This document shows, in pieces, positions 58,243 through 63,861 of a stretch of DNA of 63,861 nucleotides (position 1 is the stretch's first letter; each line of letters starts with the position of its first letter). The DNA is from an uncultured archaeon. GTDB taxonomy: Archaea; Altiarchaeota; Altiarchaeia; IMC4; QMZM01. The stretch covers positions 1-63,861 of the forward strand of contig CBFCYF010000001.1 in NCBI GenBank assembly GCA_965602195.1. The letters run 5' to 3'. A program made the translations under genes and the position numbers. The notes below the pieces were generated by a model that searched no databases, was not told where the DNA came from, and was given only the letters and a program-made list of their open reading frames with translations.

Positions 58243-59382
58243 TCACCCTCCAGCATCCACAACCCTCTGCCGGACCATGAAGGATGAAATCAAGGTCATT
58301 AATAAAACCGCACCCACCATAACACAAAAAAGTCCCGGGGTAAGGATGCCCGATTCATATCCGAAAATGGAGATAACCACCCCGATAGTTAGGTTTGAGT
58401 TAAATAATTTCGCAACATATTCTGAGATATCCGGTGCAACAAATCTTGCGGCAAAATAAACACCTGAATACGTGGCAACAAATCCCACCAAAACCAACAA
58501 AACTAAAAGCAGAAGAGCCCAAGGATCATAAACCAGATACGTGACATTGATGTTTAAACCCACATTGAAAAAGAATATCGGGGCAAAGAACCCAAATACT
58601 ATACCACTCAGTTTATCATACAACCGCCCGTGTTCAACCACAATCTCTGAGGTGACAATACCCGCCAAAAAAGCTATAATCGCAGCCTCAATCCCCGCTT
58701 TTTCAGAGAACACTGCAATCACAAGTATCAACAAAAGAATTAACTTGAATTCAAACTCCGATACATTACCCTTAAACCGAGAGAATATTTTTCTGCCGAA
58801 ATAAGGAAACAAAAAAGTGAAGATAAATAGAAAAATAATGAATGCAATAAGCATCCATGACAATTCCGAGAAAAAAACAGTCCAGACGGATATGGTAAGC
58901 AGCTCCCCTATCATCGCCGCCCCAAGTATTAACCGCTCCTGCTCACCTAAGTCTCCGCCACCCCTCTTCTTTAATACAGGATATATCATCGCAATAGAGG
59001 TCGAGGATATTATAATTGCAGATAAAAGTGCCTGCTCGCTATTTACAGGAAGAAATAATGGAACAACATAGGTTGCCAGAAGTAATATTGCCACAAAAGG
59101 AAGAATGAAGGACGACGTTCCCATAACTATACTCTTCCCAAATTTTGTTCGCAGCAAATCAAGGTCTATTTCCAGGCCGGCAACATACATTAATGTCAGC
59201 ATGCCTATGTTGGCAAGGACCCCTATCATCTCAGGGGTTTTAAATGATAATATATTATGCTCAATCATTAACTGGACGAGCATACCTGCTATTAACTCTG
59301 CGATAGAGGTGATAATACCTATCTCCATCGCAACCACACCACTCAACACCACAGCTATGGAGACTATGATTATGTCTTTCAT
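58243..59382 (-). CDS. cation:proton antiporter (CPA family Na+/H+ exchanger domain)
   Basis: 379 aa with about 11-12 TM and a Na_H_Exchanger-like layout (…GLEIDLDLLR…, …FFFNVGLNI…). Confidence 0.75.
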   Translation of the reverse strand: MKDIIIVSIAVVLSGVVAMEIGIITSIAELIAGMLVQLMIEHNILSFKTPEMIGVLANIGMLTLMYVAGLEIDLDLLRTKFGKSIVMGTSSFILPFVAILLLATYVVPLFLPVNSEQALLSAIIISSTSIAMIYPVLKKRGGGDLGEQERLILGAAMIGELLTISVWTVFFSELSWMLIAFIIFLFIFTFLFPYFGRKIFSRFKGNVSEFEFKLILLLILVIAVFSEKAGIEAAIIAFLAGIVTSEIVVEHGRLYDKLSGIVFGFFAPIFFFNVGLNINVTYLVYDPWALLLLVLLVLVGFVATYSGVYFAARFVAPDISEYVAKLFNSNLTIGVVISIFGYESGILTPGLFCVMVGAVLLMTLISSFMVRQRVVDAGG

Positions 59383-59497
59383 GTTTATCTACTTATATTT
59401 TATTTAGAAAACCTCGATGAAATAGATTTTATTTTCAGGTGAAAATAGTAATAGGTAGTTAAATCTAATATTTATAGAATTTCGGAGAAATTTTAGG

Positions 59498-60967
59498 ATG
59501 ATTTACGAAGGTGAGATATCGGGCATCGTGGAGAAGAACGGGAAACGATGGCTTCTTCTGGATACTGAAAACACGGGTAAATGCTCCGGTAATTATTCAG
59601 ACAGATGTCTGTCTCTGATGGAGTTGAGGGATCAGGGATATAACCTGCTGAAGGAGGAGTACATCAGAAGGGCCTTTCAGGCTAAGTCTAGGGTAATGGA
59701 AGGCAAATTTTATCAGGCTAAAAATATCGGGATTTTGGATGAACCATTTGAACTATATGCGGAAAAAGAATTCTTCACATTTGTCTCCTCCCGGGACTTC
59801 ATAGCGAGATTTGCAGATTTCTATAAGAGAGGAGGAGGCGCTTCATGCCTAAACCATGTAACAGTAGAGGAGGTAAGAAGGATTGAGGGCATAACATCTA
59901 AAAACCAGAGGGTGGTTGATGACACCATTGATATGTTAGGGGGGCTGAGGGCTAAGCTTTCAAGGACAAGAGAGTGGCGAAGGATCCTGGGGGAAAACGA
60001 GATAACCATTGCCTTAATTTTTCCATACTATAATGAGCCAACCATAGTGCCGAATATAAGGGATGTGTGGGATCTGGTGGAGGGGGAGATAGTGCAGGAG
60101 ATAATTGTTGCAGACGGCTGGTCTACAGACCCGTCAGCAGAGGTAGTTCAGCACAGATTAAACGCTCCACTGACTTTTGTAAAAAATCCCGGCACCGGCA
60201 AGGGTGAAGCCCTTGAAGCTGCAATAAAGTATTCGATATATCAGGACATTGACCTGGTAATCTGCCTTGACTCAGATATAATTCCCCCACTACACACCAT
60301 AAAGGATATTCCTCCACTACCCATAGACATTACATGTAACTTCTTTGCCAGGACATTTATAGATAAATTCATAAAAATTCTTGAGGAACACGGTAAGGAA
60401 AAAGCCATGAGGACATTCTACAAGGTAAGCTATATGAGGGTTCCGAAGTCGGATGTGAAATTAACCCCGCTAAGATTCGGCGGAACCACTAAATTTGTGA
60501 GATTTCTTTATGAGGCTATTGGATTCAAAACAATGACCGGATGTGTTTATCCTCTTTCAGGGGAATATGCATTTAATCCCAAATTTCTGCTGGAGGAACT
60601 GGCAATAAGCAAAGAATTCCATGAATTGTATGGAAAGAAGTGCTATGGACATACCCTACCCAGCGGATTTACAATCGAAAATTTCTGGAACACCCTGATG
60701 GAGGTTAAGGAGATTCCAGTCGCTTTTTGCAACGCATTTGTCCATCATCATATCCCAAGGGGCGCAAAAGTCAAGGACAGGCTGGCTTATGCAAAACAAA
60801 GAGCAACGGTTTTTAGAGGAGGCTTCGGTGCAATGCTCCAGAGCATGCCCAAAGAAGGTCTTAAGGAGTACATAAAAGCATTCGACTTTGATTTATTCAG
60901 AATTCCCAGGCCAAAGATGAAGATAGAGATTGATGAGGGGAAGGTCTTAAGCCTGGAATTCATATAA
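59498..60967 (+). CDS. GT-A (GT2/GpgS-like) glycosyltransferase with a roughly 170-aa N-terminal extension of unknown function
   Basis: 489 aa. The GT-A core includes IALIFPYYNEP, IIVADGWSTD, GTGKGEALEAAI and the DxD motif CLDSDI. Confidence 0.6.
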   Translation: MIYEGEISGIVEKNGKRWLLLDTENTGKCSGNYSDRCLSLMELRDQGYNLLKEEYIRRAFQAKSRVMEGKFYQAKNIGILDEPFELYAEKEFFTFVSSRDFIARFADFYKRGGGASCLNHVTVEEVRRIEGITSKNQRVVDDTIDMLGGLRAKLSRTREWRRILGENEITIALIFPYYNEPTIVPNIRDVWDLVEGEIVQEIIVADGWSTDPSAEVVQHRLNAPLTFVKNPGTGKGEALEAAIKYSIYQDIDLVICLDSDIIPPLHTIKDIPPLPIDITCNFFARTFIDKFIKILEEHGKEKAMRTFYKVSYMRVPKSDVKLTPLRFGGTTKFVRFLYEAIGFKTMTGCVYPLSGEYAFNPKFLLEELAISKEFHELYGKKCYGHTLPSGFTIENFWNTLMEVKEIPVAFCNAFVHHHIPRGAKVKDRLAYAKQRATVFRGGFGAMLQSMPKEGLKEYIKAFDFDLFRIPRPKMKIEIDEGKVLSLEFI

Positions 60968-61129
60968 CGGTTCCAGCATATGTTAACCTAGATCTTGTGC
61001 CTACAAATTTCGAGGAGAAAAAATCTTTCTACTTTCTATCTCCATACCCTTTTAGGTATGAATCCATCGCAAAAAAAACAGGTCTCCCGTAAATATAAAA
61101 AGATAAACTCCCCTTATACCCTTATTAAG

Positions 61130-62161
61130 ATGGGTCATTTCACTATCTGGCTGGAGAAATACAATTCCTGCAGGGACGGGATTCTAGAGGACCTGAACGC
61201 CTACAAGAAGCAGATCGATGAGATCAGAGACAGAATAAGTAAGGAAGAGATAATCCTCCCCCTTTCTGAATCAGGCAGGCAGTACAGTGGCAGGATGTGC
61301 TTTGTGGATGGAGGGGAAGGACTCAGAGAGCTTATGGGGGCAGCAATCTACTTCATAAAAGCATCCGCCCTGCTCCTGGATAAAAAAGGACCCGGATACA
61401 TAAACGAGAAATTCACAAGAGACATAGACATCAACGTCCTTGACTACGACGGCCACGTGAAAGACAGAGTTGAACTTTTGAGAGGCGCCATGGAGTTTGA
61501 TGTGGCAATGAAATGCATAGAGGAAAATAAACCAGAATACGTCTTCCTCGACGGCTCCCTCTACGTAAACTCCAGAATAAAACCCATCGAATGCAGCGAA
61601 CACACAATATACCGGAAGAAATTTGTAAGACTCCTGAAGCTATGTAAAAAAGAGGATATTCACTTAGTTGGAGTCTCAGAGGACAGCAAATCCAAGCTCC
61701 TCACAAACTACATGGGGATGCGCTGCAACCTGAAGTTCCCGAAATTCATGACAGACTCAAGCATCCTCAGGATGCTGGCAGGCAACACAAGATACAGGAC
61801 AATAGAATTCACCCCCCAATCAAGATTCGAGTCCAACGGCAGATTATCACCTAACCTCATAGCATCCTTCCCCACAGCCTACATCCAACCAACTCCCCTA
61901 TCCAACCCCCTGAGGGTGGATGTCCCCGACTGGGAGCATGAATTCGATAAGATAATTGATGTCGTAATCGATCTGTCGAAGGGCTCAAGGCATTACGGAT
62001 ACCCTCTACCCTTATATATGGTCCACCTGGATGCTAAGGTAGAATCCAAACAAGCAGACTGGAGTACAAAACAGTTGATACACCACATATCCAATGGAGA
62101 CCCCACACTCAAGAAAACAATCCTGAACAAAAAAAGAAGAGATTTAAGGCCTAAACAGTAG
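61130..62161 (+). CDS. nurA: NurA-domain 5'-3' nuclease (stand-alone, no herA nearby)
   Basis: Contains CFVDGGEG, YVFLDGSLYV, VGVSEDSKSK and YGYPLPLYMVHLDAKV. I prefer the start at ATG 61130, with TATA-like aaatataaaaag about 30-40 nt upstream. The ORF-track start 60995 is a TTG with an implausible leader. Confidence 0.7.
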   Translation: MGHFTIWLEKYNSCRDGILEDLNAYKKQIDEIRDRISKEEIILPLSESGRQYSGRMCFVDGGEGLRELMGAAIYFIKASALLLDKKGPGYINEKFTRDIDINVLDYDGHVKDRVELLRGAMEFDVAMKCIEENKPEYVFLDGSLYVNSRIKPIECSEHTIYRKKFVRLLKLCKKEDIHLVGVSEDSKSKLLTNYMGMRCNLKFPKFMTDSSILRMLAGNTRYRTIEFTPQSRFESNGRLSPNLIASFPTAYIQPTPLSNPLRVDVPDWEHEFDKIIDVVIDLSKGSRHYGYPLPLYMVHLDAKVESKQADWSTKQLIHHISNGDPTLKKTILNKKRRDLRPKQ

Positions 62162-62516
62162 CTACCTTTTTTTCTTTGCTTGTGGATTTCCACCAACCAG
62201 CAGGAAGGAATCTCTCAATGGTCAGATCCCTCCTCAAAGGCAGATCAGAGAACTCAGGATACTTGAACTTGGCCTCAAACCTCGCAGTATACCTAACAAG
62301 GCGGTCAAGGCATTCTGAGCAGAGAACGCCTGCATACGGTCTTTCAGGAACCTTCTCCGTCCTGCTTAATTTCCTTATCTCCGAAGCCGGGGCATTAGGT
62401 GTACCGTGAAGCTCCTTCCCGCATCTCCCGCAGTGGTGCCTTTGGGGTTTCTTTCTCTTCACGTGCACCACAGACTTTCCTCCGGGAGTTCTTACACTCC
62501 TCTTTTTTTTTGCCAT
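62151..62516 (-). CDS. rpl34e: 50S ribosomal protein L34e (eL34) with C-terminal extension
   Basis: Starts RSVRTPGGKSVVHVKRKKPQRHHCGRCGKELHG. It overlaps nurA convergently by 11 nt. Confidence 0.85.
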   Translation of the reverse strand: MAKKKRSVRTPGGKSVVHVKRKKPQRHHCGRCGKELHGTPNAPASEIRKLSRTEKVPERPYAGVLCSECLDRLVRYTARFEAKFKYPEFSDLPLRRDLTIERFLPAGWWKSTSKEKKVATV

Positions 62517-62526
62517 CTTTTAGACC

Positions 62527-62961
62527 TCAATTCAACTTAAATACCTTGTTTAATGTTAACGAAAACAACATTGCACAGATAAAATACCACCAGAACCAGC
62601 CCAGATCAAAGCCCAAGAAGGTGGCCACCGTGCCCACCCCTTCGAACTCATCCCTCAACCACCCGAAGACGAGGATGAAAGGTATGAACGTGATGAGCAT
62701 AGGTCTGAAGGAATGCTTCAACTGCTCCATGGTCAGACTCATAAACTCAGACTGAGCCTCCTGCATTTCCTTAGAGCTTCCCTTCTTCGAGGTATCCTTC
62801 ATCTTTTTCTGATGCTCCTTTAGCTTCTTCTTGGTTTCCGCCATCTTCTCCCGGTCGATCATCGCCCTCCTCACAAGGGAGCTCATCACCATCAACGCTA
62901 TGGATATAACAGCGATTATCTCCCCCTCACCTGTAACACTTAGAAAACCAAGGTCCATCAT
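62527..62961 (-). CDS. DUF106 / EMC3-TMCO1-like (Oxa1-superfamily) membrane protein
   Basis: 144 aa with a TM, then the coiled-coil K/E segment KKKLKEHQKKMKDTSKKGSSKEMQEAQSEFMSL, then 2 TM. It sits in the conserved archaeal position between adk and rpl34e. Confidence 0.75.
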   Translation of the reverse strand: MMDLGFLSVTGEGEIIAVISIALMVMSSLVRRAMIDREKMAETKKKLKEHQKKMKDTSKKGSSKEMQEAQSEFMSLTMEQLKHSFRPMLITFIPFILVFGWLRDEFEGVGTVATFLGFDLGWFWWYFICAMLFSLTLNKVFKLN

Positions 62962-62969
62962 TTTAAATG

Positions 62970-63539
62970 TTATCTTAGAATACCTGCCATCATAGAGGCG
63001 GCTTTATCTATCTCACCCTGCGGATTCGGGATTATCTTCACCGTAGCCCCGCAGAGCATGGAATACGCTGCAGCAATGCTCCGGTTAATATCCTGATGTA
63101 GGGCAATCTCCCTGCTTACCTCATCATCCCTAGCTCTTGCCTTATCTTTTGCTCTTCTTGCGGCGATCTCCTCGGTCTCTGCCTCCACAAGAATTATCGA
63201 ATCAGGCTTCAATTCCCTTAAAACCCACTCCGGAAGCCCGGGAAGAAAACCCTTAGGGGTGCTTATCGTGCAATGAGTATCCAATAGTATGTTTTCTTCT
63301 TTAGCCATACCCGAGATCTTTTTCGCCGCCCCCTCCTGTATCTCCCTTTGTTTATCCGGACTCAACTTCCTCATATGGTCTCTATCTGATACCATCTGCT
63401 GATCCCTCGCTATTTCAAACATCACTGTCCCGTAGGTTACCAGCTCATAGTTAATTCCCTCACCCTTAAGCGTATCTAACGCCCTGGTGGCGACCGTAGT
63501 CTTGCCTGTTCCGGGGATTCCGGTTACTATTACCAACAT
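62970..63539 (-). CDS. adkA: adenylate kinase, archaeal type
   Basis: 189 aa starting MLVIVTGIPGTGKTTVATRAL, with ...LLDTHCTISTPKGFLPGLP.... Confidence 0.9.
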   Translation of the reverse strand: MLVIVTGIPGTGKTTVATRALDTLKGEGINYELVTYGTVMFEIARDQQMVSDRDHMRKLSPDKQREIQEGAAKKISGMAKEENILLDTHCTISTPKGFLPGLPEWVLRELKPDSIILVEAETEEIAARRAKDKARARDDEVSREIALHQDINRSIAAAYSMLCGATVKIIPNPQGEIDKAASMMAGILR

Positions 63540-63773
63540 TTTTTGATATACAAGAAATTTATGAAGTAAATTTCTTGGTTATTATGGAGTATTGCTATAC
63601 TTTATAATTCAATAAAAAAATCTGGTGTCTTAGAATTTGGGAATAAACATATTTATACAATCAAGGGATTAGCTGGGGTGAGATAAAACTAGATATCTAT
63701 ATCCTTATGGTTGGACTATGGTATTTAAGCCTTAGATATGTATATGATTATACATAAAATTATTGATGTAAAA

Positions 63774-63861
63774 ATGATCCTCCAGGAATCCAAGCAAGGA
63801 CAGTTCTTCATAACCCTACCTAAAGCCCTGGTGAACGCTAAAAGATGGAAGGGAGGGAAGA
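63774..63861 (+). CDS. AbrB/SpoVT-like protein, 5' fragment (runs off the window)
   Basis: Translation is MILQESKQGQFFITLPKALVNAKRWKGGK.... It is paralogous to the N-terminus MKLQQIKHGQYYLTVPKKIVEAR encoded at 44018 on the minus strand. Confidence 0.45.
   Translation, partial: MILQESKQGQFFITLPKALVNAKRWKGGK

Overview
This is an archaeal chromosomal segment. It carries a 16S-tRNAAla(UGC)-23S rRNA operon on the minus strand with no adjacent 5S, a thermosome gene, an archaeal-type GlyRS, archaeal AdkA, eL34 and intron-containing tRNAs.

Housekeeping genes: yjbQ-like, a metallophosphoesterase, GT4, scpA, glyS, galT-like, Lrp/AsnC, a macro domain, PfkB kinase, ths, lysC, ITPase, FKBP, and the adkA / Oxa1-like DUF106 / rpl34e group.

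These are interleaved with an unusually large set of surface or membrane proteins that share one plan: signal peptide, extracellular repeat domain, a single TM, then a charged tail that often contains repeats.
- a 15-unit LRR lipoprotein
- two FG-GAP-propeller/TPR-like paralogs plus a TPR-only paralog
- two prealbumin-fold proteins
- a 1897-aa C25 (gingipain)-like giant protein

An accessory island at about 40-52 kb is organised around three tRNA genes. It carries AbiEi/AbiEii, decayed HTH and AbrB-like fragments, an orphan membrane protein, a class II Fic protein and the giant protease.

Non-coding structure not explained by genes:
- a 51-bp double-hairpin element in three copies
- a run of four perfect stem-loops
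- three tandem units of about 157-164 bp of hairpin-bearing repeat between lysC and the 23S 3' end, with a fourth homologous copy abutting tRNA-Met
- several perfect in-gene tandem repeats (18, 25, 54, 60 and 66 bp), one of which shifts the reading frame

No CRISPR array, transposase, integrase or recognised multi-gene defence system other than AbiE was seen. All functional calls come from motif recognition by eye and need database confirmation.
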